Source: Bacteroidales bacterium (GTDB taxonomy: Bacteria; Bacteroidota; Bacteroidia; Bacteroidales; UBA932). Taken from it: 64,000 nucleotides of DNA. The translations under genes were made by a program, and so were the position numbers. Where the stretch lies: contig JAFRQH010000025.1 of assembly GCA_017428725.1 (NCBI GenBank), positions 30,869 through 94,868 on the forward strand. Direction: 5' to 3'. The notes below the pieces were generated by a model. It ran no database searches and was not told where the DNA came from. It was given only the letters and a program-made list of their open reading frames with translations. This document shows, piece after piece, positions 48,170 to 57,984 of this stretch; positions within the stretch are counted from its first letter, which is position 1, and each line of letters starts with the position of its first letter.

Positions 48170-50097
48170 AGGGAAGCGGGAATGACGGCGATGTTGGAGA
48201 GGCTCTGCACGCCGGTCATCGGGGGGAGGGCGGCGCGGATGCGCTTGTCCCGCCCCACGAGCAGGGCGTGCGGCTGGGTGGCACCGCGCTGGTGGCCCTG
48301 CCAGTTGGACAGGTAAAGTCCCTGTCCCTCAATGTATTGAAATCCCGAGCAGAAGCGCAGGGGAGCGCCGGGCAGGTCTTCGTTGGACAGGGTCCAGACG
48401 ATGTCCCAGTCCGCATCGAGTTCGACGATGCGGGGGTTGCGGTCGCGGTCGGCCAGCGAGACGAGCACGTGGCCGTCGGGCAGCTCCTGCACGGAGTGCG
48501 GCCCGCCGGGCAGGTCCTTGCTGCGGAGGGCGCGCCCGCGGGCGTCGTACTCCGTCAGCTTCTGGTCGCCGTAATGTGCCACGAGGTAGTGGCCGTTCCG
48601 GAGTTTGCGGGCATTGCGCATGAAGGCCATCCCGCCGTCCCTGACGCCTTTGGGAAGGATGCTGACCCGCTTGACGATGCGTCCCCGGGTGTCCAGTTCG
48701 AGCAGGCGCCCGCGCTCGCACTCGCCGACGAGGGTCCGCCCGTCCGCCAGGCGCTGGCAGGCGAAGACGTGGCAGGGGGCGTCGTAGCGAAGGACCTCGC
48801 GCCCCTGCGGGTCGAGCTCCAGCACGCCCTCTCCGGTGGAGAAGAGCAGGTTGCCGCCCTCCAGCAACTGGATGTCGTTGCTCAGCGGGGCGTCGTGCGA
48901 CCAGGCGATGCGTCCGTCGCGGAAGCGGAGGACCTTGCCGCCGGAGTAGTCCGTGGCGTAGAAGTCCGGGGCCACGCGGCCCAGCCGGTGCTCATAGATG
49001 CCCGTGCCGAGCAGGAAGGAGCCGTAGGCGGCGAAGGTGCTGATCTCGCGCGGCTGCGCAATGTATTCTTCGTAGCTGCGCTTGATCCCGATGCTGCTGC
49101 AGTCGGTCAGGTTGACGAAGCCGTCGGTGTTGACCACGGCCTTGGTGAGCAGCCCGGCATAGGCCCGGTCCACAACCTCGGCATATTCGTCCGCCGGGAT
49201 ATAGCCTTTCTGGATCGCGCTCTGTATCAGGTAGAGAAACATCCCCGTTCCGGAGGTTTCATTCCAGTTTCCGGGCGCCTGGGGCTTGTCCACGACCTGG
49301 CACCACATCCCGGTGCGGGGATCCTGCGAGGCCTTGAGGCCGCTGCACATCAGGCGCAGCCGGTCCAGCAGCTCCGCGCGGCCTGGCAGGTCCTGGGGCA
49401 GGAAGTCGAACACGTCGGCCCACAGCACGGCCAGCCAGCCCATCCCCTCGCTCCAGACTTCCGGATAGGCGCCGCGGGTCTCGTCCCAGGCGTGGACGAA
49501 ATGCCCGTCGGGTTTGCCGCAGAGTTGGGTGATGACGCTCATCTGCCTGACGACCTCGGCGAAGTCCTCCGGGTGGTTCATCGTCTTGGCGTAGCGTGCG
49601 AGGAAGATCTGGCCCATAAAGACACCGTCCACCCAGGTCTGGCGCATCCGGGCGGAGTGCCAGAACATCCCGTTGGGGAGCCGGGGATAGTCGTCGAATC
49701 CCCGCCGGATGGTCTCGACGGCCTTGGCGTAGCGCTCCTCGCCGGTCAGCTCATACATCAGCAGGCAGACGTAGCCGGGCACGAAATTGTCCAGCGCATC
49801 GGGCTTGAACTGCCGCAGGCGCCCCTCGGCGTCGACGTTCTGGTCGACGTACTTGCGGATGTACCCGAGGTAGGCCGGGTCGGCCGTCCAGCGCCAGAGG
49901 TGCTCCATCGCGAACATCACATAGCCGGCCTGCCAGGTGAAGGAGTTGTCCTGGGTGCCCCAGCGGATCTCGTCGGGGTCGGCGTAGCGGTGGATGAACT
50001 GCCGGGCGGTGGTCTCGGACCAGTTCTGCCGGCGCGGCTGCGCCAGGAGCGTGCAGGCTGCGCTGAGCAGCAGGAGGACTGTCAGGATTCTTTTCAT
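48166..50097 (-). CDS. GH105/GH88 unsaturated glycuronyl hydrolase fused to a C-terminal beta-propeller
   Basis: Start MKRILTVLL overlaps the upstream stop (ATGA); WVDGVFMG, WSEGMGW, ETSGTGMF GH105-type motifs; last ~250 aa carry propeller repeats. Confidence 0.82.
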   Translation of the reverse strand: MKRILTVLLLLSAACTLLAQPRRQNWSETTARQFIHRYADPDEIRWGTQDNSFTWQAGYVMFAMEHLWRWTADPAYLGYIRKYVDQNVDAEGRLRQFKPDALDNFVPGYVCLLMYELTGEERYAKAVETIRRGFDDYPRLPNGMFWHSARMRQTWVDGVFMGQIFLARYAKTMNHPEDFAEVVRQMSVITQLCGKPDGHFVHAWDETRGAYPEVWSEGMGWLAVLWADVFDFLPQDLPGRAELLDRLRLMCSGLKASQDPRTGMWCQVVDKPQAPGNWNETSGTGMFLYLIQSAIQKGYIPADEYAEVVDRAYAGLLTKAVVNTDGFVNLTDCSSIGIKRSYEEYIAQPREISTFAAYGSFLLGTGIYEHRLGRVAPDFYATDYSGGKVLRFRDGRIAWSHDAPLSNDIQLLEGGNLLFSTGEGVLELDPQGREVLRYDAPCHVFACQRLADGRTLVGECERGRLLELDTRGRIVKRVSILPKGVRDGGMAFMRNARKLRNGHYLVAHYGDQKLTEYDARGRALRSKDLPGGPHSVQELPDGHVLVSLADRDRNPRIVELDADWDIVWTLSNEDLPGAPLRFCSGFQYIEGQGLYLSNWQGHQRGATQPHALLVGRDKRIRAALPPMTGVQSLSNIAVIPASL

Positions 50098-50813
50098 ATC
50101 CGATTGTCTGTGGCGAGCAGGATGAAGACGCAGGGGCGCTTGCCGATGGTGAGCGGGCTCCTGCGCCATCCGGCGACGGGGAGGGTCTTGATGTATTGCG
50201 TGGGGAGCGTGAGGTCCGCCGCGACGCAGAGCTGCGTGGCGGGGGAGAGGACCTGGAGCATGTCGGCGAACAGGGCGTCGTTGCGGTAGGGCGTCTCGAT
50301 GAGGATCTGGCTCTGGTTCAAGGCGCGGGACTGCTTCTCCAGCTCCTTGAGCGCGGTGCGGCGCTCCTCGGTCTTGGCCGGGATGTAACCGCGGAAAGCG
50401 AAGGACTGGCCGTTGAGCCCGGAGCCCATCAGGGCCAGCATCAGCGAAGAGGGGCCCACGAGCGGGACGACTTCGATGCCGTGGCGGTGGCAGATGGCTA
50501 CCAGTGCGGCGCCGGGGTCGGCCACGGCCGGCAGGCCGGCTTCGGAGAGCAGGCCGACGTCCTGCCCGTCGAAGAGCGGGAGCAGGGCTTCCACTTCCGC
50601 GGGTGTGGTGTGTTCGTTGAGGACGTGGAAATCCAGCTCGTCAATATGGCCGCGCAGGCCATACGCCGAGAGGAAACGCCGCGCCGTGCGCAGCTCCTCC
50701 ACGACGAAGCAGCGCAGGCTGCAGGCCCGCCCGAGGACGGCCTGCGGCAGGACCTCGGCGGGGTCATTCCCGCCGAGCGGAGTCGGAATCAGGTAGAGTC
50801 TGCCCGGTGTCAT
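50094..50813 (-). CDS. SAM-dependent methyltransferase, tetrapyrrole methylase/RsmI-like
   Basis: LYLIPTPLG, VEELRTARRFL, GLLSEAGLPAVADPG, VGPSSLMLAL, IETPYRN. Confidence 0.88.
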   Translation of the reverse strand: MTPGRLYLIPTPLGGNDPAEVLPQAVLGRACSLRCFVVEELRTARRFLSAYGLRGHIDELDFHVLNEHTTPAEVEALLPLFDGQDVGLLSEAGLPAVADPGAALVAICHRHGIEVVPLVGPSSLMLALMGSGLNGQSFAFRGYIPAKTEERRTALKELEKQSRALNQSQILIETPYRNDALFADMLQVLSPATQLCVAADLTLPTQYIKTLPVAGWRRSPLTIGKRPCVFILLATDNRI

Positions 50814-53800
50814 TGCCTTCTTTGTCTATCTCGATGACGATTTGTTCCTGGGTGGCGGTCTCTTCCTGCTGACGCCTCTTCTTGGGAGTGAACAGGTTGC
50901 GGAAGAACTCACCGATGCTTTTGTATTCCTTCTGGTAGCTCACGCCCACACCGTTGCGCTGCGAGAAGTCCAGGTAGTTGGTCAGCTCGTCGGCGGAATG
51001 GGAGAAGATGTTGAAGCGGAAGCGCCCCTCGGGGTCCAGCTTGACCTGGATGTCCAGGTCGCCGGCGAAGTCGCCGCTGCCGGTGGAGTACCGGCGGTTG
51101 CCGAAGCTGCCGCCCACGATGACCCGGTTCTCGAAGAGCTGGGTGGAGACGGCCACGTCGAAGAGGTTCTGGCCGCCCTGCGCCTCCTGGTAGCCGAAGC
51201 CCACGTCCAGCGGGATGTCGAGGCGCTGGAGAATGCTGTTGATCTGGCCGGACATCATATCCACCACGTTGGAGAAGAGCAGGTTGGACTGGTTCACGAT
51301 GCCGGAGGTCTCGTTGGGCAGGAAACTGCCCAGCAGCAGGAGCGAGACGAACTGCTTCTGGGTCTTGTCGGTCGTGTTGAGGGCGGTTTCGACCTGCGAG
51401 CGCGTGGTCGGGTCGAGGTCCGGGATGTCGATGCTGACGTCGAGCTGGGGGGCCCGGAGACGGTCCGTGACGGTCAGGGCGCATTCGACGGGCCGGCGAG
51501 AGCCGGATTTCGTGCCGAGCAAGGGATCGAGGGAGGTGCGGAGATTGTACGTGGCGGTGATGTCCAGTTCGGTGTTCATGATGTCACCGCCGAACTTGAC
51601 GGTGCTGCCCCTCCGGACGTCGAAGGTCTTGGACAGGATGCCCGGGATGACGAACTGGTAGTTCCCTTCATTGATGTTGTAGTCCCCGTTCAGGTCGAAG
51701 ACGGCCCTGGAGGGCTGAAGGTTGAGGTTGACCGTGCCGGAGCCGCTGAAGGACGCGACGTTGCCGGCGGATTTGTCGATCTCGGCGAATGCCTTGAATT
51801 CAGGATGGAGCGCCAGCCGTCCGCGGATGCGGATGTCGCTGGACTTGACGGTCTCCGTCTCCAGCTCGGCCAGCATCTGCTCGTACGGGTCGAGTTCGCG
51901 GGCGGGCTCGGTGAAGGTCAGCAGGTTGCTCGACGAACTGGACAGGCCGCCCGACAGAGGGATGTGGATGTCGCCCTCGCCGGCCGTACTGACGTTGGCG
52001 TCGATGAGCAGCGCGGAGAAGGGGCCGCTCACGGAGGCCGTGCCGGAAGCCCGTGCCAAGCCGTAGAAGGGGTTCCCGGGCCGTTCGGGTGCATCCACGA
52101 CCTTGAGCCGGTTGAAACTCACCCGGCTGTTGAGGGTGAAGTCCTGCAGGTGGTCGTAGCGGATGGATCCCTGGATGGAGCCGCTGCCGCCGGTGTCGTC
52201 CCGGACCTCCAGTGCATCGAAGAAGAGGCCGCTCTCGTCGATGCGCAGCGGTCCGTGGATGGTGTAGGGCACGCCCGTGGCGGCGATGCGCACGAGGGCG
52301 TTGTCGAGCTGGAGTCCGTCGCTGGAGGGCGCGAAACTCCCGGCCGAACCGGCCAGGCGGATGTTCCCGGAGATCCCGCCGCCCATCTCGGAGAAGATCT
52401 CCGTGAGGAAGGGCGCTCCGACTTCGAGCGGCAGCCGGTCCAGGCTGGCCCGCACGTCCAGCCGCTTGTCACGGATGAAATAGGAGCCGTCGGCGAACAG
52501 CGCATCCCGTCCGTCCAGTTCGTCCCGCAGGAACAGGCCGAGCTCCTTGCCTTCGTCGTTCCACATACTCGAGAGCTGGATGGACCCCGCGTCCACGCCG
52601 CCGACGCGGAGGGTGTCGATCTTGAAGTCCATCAGCATGCCGTGCGGGCGGTTGGGTTCGGAAGTCAGGTAGGCGCGGCCGTTCATCTTGCCTTCGATGC
52701 CGAAGGCCCGGGGCAGGAACTCGTCGACGAGCGCCAGGTCGAAGCGGTCCATCCGCAGCGAGAGGGTATCGCTGAGACTGGAGGAGAATCCGCCGTCGAC
52801 GAGCAACATCTGCGGCCCGTTGCTCAGGTTGAAATTATTGAAATACAAGTCTTTGCCGTGCAGGACGATGTCGGATTCGCCGAGGGTCCATACGTCATCC
52901 CCGGCCACGAGCGAGGAGTTGAGCGGATGGGCCTTGACGACCAACACGTCCAGCGAATCGCGGTAGATCTGGCCGTCCAGGTAGAGGTCGGCATTGCCTC
53001 CGCCACCGGAGAAGCTGTCGTAGTGGATGCCCAGTGCCAGGTCGTTGTCGTCGGCGCTGGCGGTGATGGCGGGATGGCTCATCGCGAAGGACCCGGCCCG
53101 GAGTTCGGAGCTGATGACGGCGGCGAAGAGGCTGCCGTCCAGGTTGTCGAACTCCACGTTGACGTCCTTGAGGAAATTCTTGCCGTAAGCCAGGCGGTCG
53201 GACAGGAGGTTGCCGGTCAGTACGCCATCCCGGTCAATGTCGACGCGCAGCGAGGAGTTGTCCGCCACATATGTGCCCGGGGCCAGCAGCGCGAGGATGT
53301 CCCGCGTGTTGCGGAACAGCAGGCCGACGGAATACTGCCCGGGATCTGCGCTCACGGGGGCCTTGCGCAGCAGGGCGGAGAGGTCGCGGCCGACCGTCAG
53401 GGCCTGGACGTCCCGGATGAAATCCCCGATGGGGCGGCTGCCGGTATAATTGGCTTCGAGGAACGGGGCTTCGAGGTTGAATACCTGTTCATCCTGCTCT
53501 TCGATACGGGCGCCCAGCAGCAGGTCTCCGACCGGGTGCGTGCCCGTGGAGTCGACCAGGCTGAATCCCGGCAGGCTGGCATCGCCCCGGAAGAACTCCC
53601 CGACCTGAACGATATCGGCCTGGATGCCCGAAGAGATGCGGGAGAAGGGCCGCCCGGCCGGCACGCCGAAGGCGGTCAGGTCCAGCTCCGAGAGGGATCC
53701 CTCGATCTGATAACGCCGGCCGGGGCCGCGATCCTGCAGGTCAGCCAGTGCGGTGAGGTCGAAACGCGCGGCGGGATCTTCGCTGCGCAGCCTTCCCTCG

Positions 53801-55332
53801 ACCGTACCGTCCGTGAGGGTGCCGGTCAGGTCAAGGTTGCGGAAATCCCGGCCCAGGGCGCGGGCTTTCTCGATGTGCAGGGTGTCGAGCGTGGCGTTGG
53901 GCAGACCCTTCCCGAGCACGGCCCGGGCCCGGGTATGCAGGGTGACGGGGCCGAGCGATTCGGTGTCCAGGACCCGTCCCAGATCGAATTCCCGCAGGGT
54001 CAGACCGGCGGCGGCTTCCATCGGCCGGCTGGCGTCGAGCAGGTTGCGGAGGTCTCCGTCGAAGGTGGCCTCGCCCTTCGGCGTGGAGAGTTCGCCCGTG
54101 ACGGCCAGCCGGTCCAGCGGACCCTTGGCGGCAAGTTGGAGCGTCATCGGGAGGTCGCGGGCGAAGCGGCCCAGGTCGGCGTGGAAGCCCGGGGCGAGCC
54201 CGGCGATCACGGTACCCAGTCCGTCGGTCGTGGCCTTGAGATCCTGCACGCGCACGTCCAGCAGCATCTTGTTGATGTCGGGCAGCCCCACGCAGGTGCC
54301 GTCTACCGTGGTCGAGACACCTGTCGCCGCTTCCGTGAAGGCGAGTCGGTCCACGCGGAAGTCGTTGATGTAGCCCACCACGTGGCCGCGGCGGATGTCG
54401 AGCAGGGTAGGGGCCCCGTTGAATGCGCCCGTGAAATAGGTCAGGGTCTGCAGGGCCAGGCGGGTGGGCTGCATCTCGGCCTCCAGCTTGACCTCGCCGA
54501 TAAAGTTCTTGAAGGCGATGGCCCAGGGATAGGTCATCGAATAGTAGTCCAGACGGATGTCGGACCAGGGGTCGATGATGTGGATATCCTCGACGAGGGC
54601 TTTGCCCAGACCCACCTCGCAACTGCCGGTGAGGTCGTTGATGATGTAGCCGGATTTCTCGCGGGCGTAGAGATGGTCGCAGGTGGCGTGCATCTTGCCG
54701 CCGGACATCCGCATGTTGTGGCCCGTCACGTCCACGACGATGTCCAGGTCGTCGAAGTCGATCTTGGGCGCGCCTGTATCAGGCGGGATGACCTTGCGTT
54801 CGAGGAAACTGTTGAGCCGGAAGCGGAAGTTCTTGACACGCAGTTTCTTGATGTCGAAGATGTCGGGACCGGGCTCGAGGGGACCGGTCTGCGGGGGCAT
54901 ATTGAAGATGCGGGTGAGGTTGGTCCCGGGCGCGACGGGCTCCGTGACGAGGTGGAAGATGCCGTCTTCGACGGTCACGCGGCCCAGGTGCAGTCCCTCG
55001 CCCTTGAAGAGCCCCCTGAGGGTGAACGTAGCCGTGACGGTCCGGGCCTTGAAGACGGTGTCGACCGGCTCCCAGCCGCGGTTGTAAGGGTCTTCGGAGT
55101 AGGGACTCCCGTCGATGAGGGTCAGGTTGCGGACCAGCAGCACGCCGGAGGTCGTGATCTTGATCTCGTCGTACTGCACGCGGCCGTCCATGATGGCGGC
55201 CAGCTGGTTGAGGGCGACCTTGGACAGGCGGGTCTGCACATAGGGAGTCTGGACGGCCACGAGGACCGCCATCACCAGCACCGCCAGCAGGCCGGCGATG
55301 CGCGCGATGATATACTCCCTTTTTCTATACAT
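50764..55332 (-). CDS. tamB: TamB/AsmA-like translocation-assembly module protein
   Basis: N-terminal TM anchor then QTPYVQT, long beta-taco repeats, C-terminal DUF490-like region; divergent from tsaD as commonly seen in Bacteroidota. Confidence 0.85.
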   Translation of the reverse strand: MYRKREYIIARIAGLLAVLVMAVLVAVQTPYVQTRLSKVALNQLAAIMDGRVQYDEIKITTSGVLLVRNLTLIDGSPYSEDPYNRGWEPVDTVFKARTVTATFTLRGLFKGEGLHLGRVTVEDGIFHLVTEPVAPGTNLTRIFNMPPQTGPLEPGPDIFDIKKLRVKNFRFRLNSFLERKVIPPDTGAPKIDFDDLDIVVDVTGHNMRMSGGKMHATCDHLYAREKSGYIINDLTGSCEVGLGKALVEDIHIIDPWSDIRLDYYSMTYPWAIAFKNFIGEVKLEAEMQPTRLALQTLTYFTGAFNGAPTLLDIRRGHVVGYINDFRVDRLAFTEAATGVSTTVDGTCVGLPDINKMLLDVRVQDLKATTDGLGTVIAGLAPGFHADLGRFARDLPMTLQLAAKGPLDRLAVTGELSTPKGEATFDGDLRNLLDASRPMEAAAGLTLREFDLGRVLDTESLGPVTLHTRARAVLGKGLPNATLDTLHIEKARALGRDFRNLDLTGTLTDGTVEGRLRSEDPAARFDLTALADLQDRGPGRRYQIEGSLSELDLTAFGVPAGRPFSRISSGIQADIVQVGEFFRGDASLPGFSLVDSTGTHPVGDLLLGARIEEQDEQVFNLEAPFLEANYTGSRPIGDFIRDVQALTVGRDLSALLRKAPVSADPGQYSVGLLFRNTRDILALLAPGTYVADNSSLRVDIDRDGVLTGNLLSDRLAYGKNFLKDVNVEFDNLDGSLFAAVISSELRAGSFAMSHPAITASADDNDLALGIHYDSFSGGGGNADLYLDGQIYRDSLDVLVVKAHPLNSSLVAGDDVWTLGESDIVLHGKDLYFNNFNLSNGPQMLLVDGGFSSSLSDTLSLRMDRFDLALVDEFLPRAFGIEGKMNGRAYLTSEPNRPHGMLMDFKIDTLRVGGVDAGSIQLSSMWNDEGKELGLFLRDELDGRDALFADGSYFIRDKRLDVRASLDRLPLEVGAPFLTEIFSEMGGGISGNIRLAGSAGSFAPSSDGLQLDNALVRIAATGVPYTIHGPLRIDESGLFFDALEVRDDTGGSGSIQGSIRYDHLQDFTLNSRVSFNRLKVVDAPERPGNPFYGLARASGTASVSGPFSALLIDANVSTAGEGDIHIPLSGGLSSSSSNLLTFTEPARELDPYEQMLAELETETVKSSDIRIRGRLALHPEFKAFAEIDKSAGNVASFSGSGTVNLNLQPSRAVFDLNGDYNINEGNYQFVIPGILSKTFDVRRGSTVKFGGDIMNTELDITATYNLRTSLDPLLGTKSGSRRPVECALTVTDRLRAPQLDVSIDIPDLDPTTRSQVETALNTTDKTQKQFVSLLLLGSFLPNETSGIVNQSNLLFSNVVDMMSGQINSILQRLDIPLDVGFGYQEAQGGQNLFDVAVSTQLFENRVIVGGSFGNRRYSTGSGDFAGDLDIQVKLDPEGRFRFNIFSHSADELTNYLDFSQRNGVGVSYQKEYKSIGEFFRNLFTPKKRRQQEETATQEQIVIEIDKEGNDTGQTLPDSDSARRE

Positions 55333-55433
55333 AATATGCAATCTACAAATATACGAAATACTTTGCGCAAATCCATTGGGGGCCACTTCGGGAATTATTG
55401 CTAAATTTGCAGTCTTAATCCAAGGTGACAGAG

Positions 55434-56456
55434 ATGGCAGACATCATTCTCGGTATAGAATCCTCCTGCGACGACACTTCAGCGGCCGTCATCCGCGACG
55501 GCTGGCTGCTGTCCAACGTCATCGCCAGCCAGGACGTGCACCGCGCCTTCGGCGGCGTGGTGCCGGAGCTGGCTTCGCGCGCCCACGAGCTCAACATCGT
55601 GCCCGTGGTCAGCGAGGCCCTGTCCCGGGCGGGCGTGCAGGCTTCCGAACTCACGGCCATCGCCTTCACCCGCGGCCCGGGCTTGCTCGGATCGCTCCTG
55701 GTCGGCACTTCTTTCGCCAAGGCGATGGGCCTGGCGCTGGATATCCCGATCGTGATGGTCAACCACCTCCAGGGGCATCTGCTGGCCGATTTCATCCGCC
55801 AGCCGGACAAGCCTGTGCGGGAGCCGTCCTTCCCGTATCTGTGCCTGCTGGTGAGCGGGGGCAATTCCCAGATCGTGCGGGTGGATGACCCGCTGCATTT
55901 CGAGATCCTGGGCCAGACCATCGATGACGCGGTGGGGGAGGCTTTCGACAAGTGTTCCAAGATGCTGGGCCTGGGCTACCCCGGCGGTCCCATTATCGAC
56001 AGGCTCGCGCAGCAGGGGGACCCGGCGCGCTTCAAGTTCGCCAAGCCCCACATCGAGGGGCTGGACTACAGTTTCAGCGGAGTCAAGACTTCGCTCCTGT
56101 ATTTCGTCCGGGACGAGATGGCCCGGGATCCGGAGTTCCTGGAGAAGAATAAGGAGGACCTGTGCGCCTCGTTCCAGAAGACCTTGATCGACATTCTGCT
56201 GGACAAGCTCATCAAGGCTTCGAAGCAGACAGGGATCCGCGAGGTCACGATCGGAGGGGGCGTATCGGCCAACAGCGGTCTGCGCAGCCGGATCGAGGCC
56301 GAGGGCCACAAGCGCGGCTGGAATACCTATCTGCCGGAGTTCAAGTTCACGACCGACAACGCCGCGATGATCGCCATCGCCGGCTATTACCACTACCTGG
56401 CCGGGGAGCGCACGCCGCTGGACGTGGCACCTGTGTCCCGGATGTCTGATTTCTAA
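55434..56456 (+). CDS. tsaD: tRNA N6-threonylcarbamoyltransferase
   Basis: ILGIESSCDDTSAA, GGVVPELASRAH, NHLQGH, VSGGNS, GEAFDK, TDNAAMIA. Confidence 0.97.
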   Translation: MADIILGIESSCDDTSAAVIRDGWLLSNVIASQDVHRAFGGVVPELASRAHELNIVPVVSEALSRAGVQASELTAIAFTRGPGLLGSLLVGTSFAKAMGLALDIPIVMVNHLQGHLLADFIRQPDKPVREPSFPYLCLLVSGGNSQIVRVDDPLHFEILGQTIDDAVGEAFDKCSKMLGLGYPGGPIIDRLAQQGDPARFKFAKPHIEGLDYSFSGVKTSLLYFVRDEMARDPEFLEKNKEDLCASFQKTLIDILLDKLIKASKQTGIREVTIGGGVSANSGLRSRIEAEGHKRGWNTYLPEFKFTTDNAAMIAIAGYYHYLAGERTPLDVAPVSRMSDF

Positions 56457-56466
56457 CTGATTCACG

Positions 56467-57975
56467 ATGAAGGAGTTCGAGATTGTCTGCCCGCTCACGC
56501 GGGAGCCCCGTCTCAAGGAGATCGAGGCCAAGGCCGGCGGCCTGAAATGGGTGCTCAAGAAGCGCTCCATCGATGCGCGCAAGGAGCCGGTCTGGCGCTA
56601 TCAGTACGAGGCTTACGGGCCGGGGGAGGAGTATGTCCCCTATGAGCTCCCGGAGTACCTGGATGTGCACGGTGCGGAGCCGGTCATCGTCGTGGGCGCG
56701 GGCCCGGCAGGGATGTTCGCGGCGCTCAAGCTCCTGACCCTCGGGCTGCGGCCCATCGTGCTGGAGCGGGGCAAGAACGTCCACGAGCGCAAGTTCGATA
56801 TGGCGAAACTCTCGCGCGACGGCATCGTGGACCCGGATTCGAACTACTGCTACGGCGAGGGCGGCGCCGGCGCCTTCTCGGACGGCAAACTCTATACGCG
56901 TTCCTCCAAGCGGGGCGACCTCCGCGAGGTCCTGCACCAGCTCGTCAAGTTCGGTGCCTCCAAGGACATCCTCATCGACGCGCATCCTCACATCGGCTCC
57001 GACCGGCTTCCCGTCATCGTGGAGAACATCCGCAATTTCATCGTCTCCCACGGCGGCGAATACCATTTCAACGCCAAGGTCGTCTCGATTTCGGATGGAT
57101 TTGTGGTAAAGACAGCAGACGGGAAGGAGTATCGTTCCCGGAAGGTGATCCTGGCGACGGGGCATTCGGCGCGGGACGTGTACGAGATGCTGCAGGCCGC
57201 GGGTGGGGAACTTGAGGCCAAGGGTTTCGCGATGGGTGTGCGCGTGGAGCACCCGCAGGAGAAGATCAACTGGTGCCAGTACCACGGGCAGTGGAAGCCC
57301 GGCGTGCCGGCGGCGGAGTATTCTTTCGTGGAGCAGGTGGACGGGCGCGGCGTGTTCTCGTTCTGTATGTGCCCCGGCGGCATCCTGGTGCCCTCCTCGA
57401 CCGAGGAGCGCACCGTCGTGCTCAACGGGATGTCCAACTCCGGGCGCAGCGGCAAGTTCGCCAACGCCGGCGTGGTGGTCCAGATCGAGCCGGAGGACGT
57501 TCCGGGGGAGGGCCCCTTCAAGCTGATGGACTTCCAACACGACGTGGAGCGCCGGATGTATGATTACGCGCAGTCGCAGGGTGCGGCGAACCCGATGGCC
57601 GCCCCGGCGCAGCGGATGGAGGATTTCTGCCTCGGCAAGCTCTCGAAGACGATGCCCCCGACCAGCTACCACCCGGGCGTGGTGAGTGCGCCGCTGCACG
57701 AGCTGCTGCCGCCCCACGTGGCGCAGCGCCTGCAGAAGGCCTTTCCGCGGGTGAAGATGCGCAACTATTACACGAATGCCGCGCTGCTGCTCGGCGTGGA
57801 GTCCCGCACCTCTTCCCCGGTGCGCATCCCGCGCGACCCCGAAACCCTCGAATACGTGTCCCTGCCGGGGCTGTATCCGTGCGGCGAGGGCGCCGGATAC
57901 GCAGGTGGCATCGTATCCAGCGCCCTCGACGGCATCAACGTGGCCACGGCAGTGGCGCAAGCTATGGGCCTGTAG
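56467..57975 (+). CDS. Uncharacterised FAD-dependent oxidoreductase (COG2509-like)
   Basis: VGAGPAG, GEGGAGAFSDGKL, HPHIGSD, ATGHSARD, FCMCPGG, GEGAGYAGGIVSSALDG. Confidence 0.88.
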   Translation: MKEFEIVCPLTREPRLKEIEAKAGGLKWVLKKRSIDARKEPVWRYQYEAYGPGEEYVPYELPEYLDVHGAEPVIVVGAGPAGMFAALKLLTLGLRPIVLERGKNVHERKFDMAKLSRDGIVDPDSNYCYGEGGAGAFSDGKLYTRSSKRGDLREVLHQLVKFGASKDILIDAHPHIGSDRLPVIVENIRNFIVSHGGEYHFNAKVVSISDGFVVKTADGKEYRSRKVILATGHSARDVYEMLQAAGGELEAKGFAMGVRVEHPQEKINWCQYHGQWKPGVPAAEYSFVEQVDGRGVFSFCMCPGGILVPSSTEERTVVLNGMSNSGRSGKFANAGVVVQIEPEDVPGEGPFKLMDFQHDVERRMYDYAQSQGAANPMAAPAQRMEDFCLGKLSKTMPPTSYHPGVVSAPLHELLPPHVAQRLQKAFPRVKMRNYYTNAALLLGVESRTSSPVRIPRDPETLEYVSLPGLYPCGEGAGYAGGIVSSALDGINVATAVAQAMGL

Positions 57976-57984
57976 GCCAATTCC

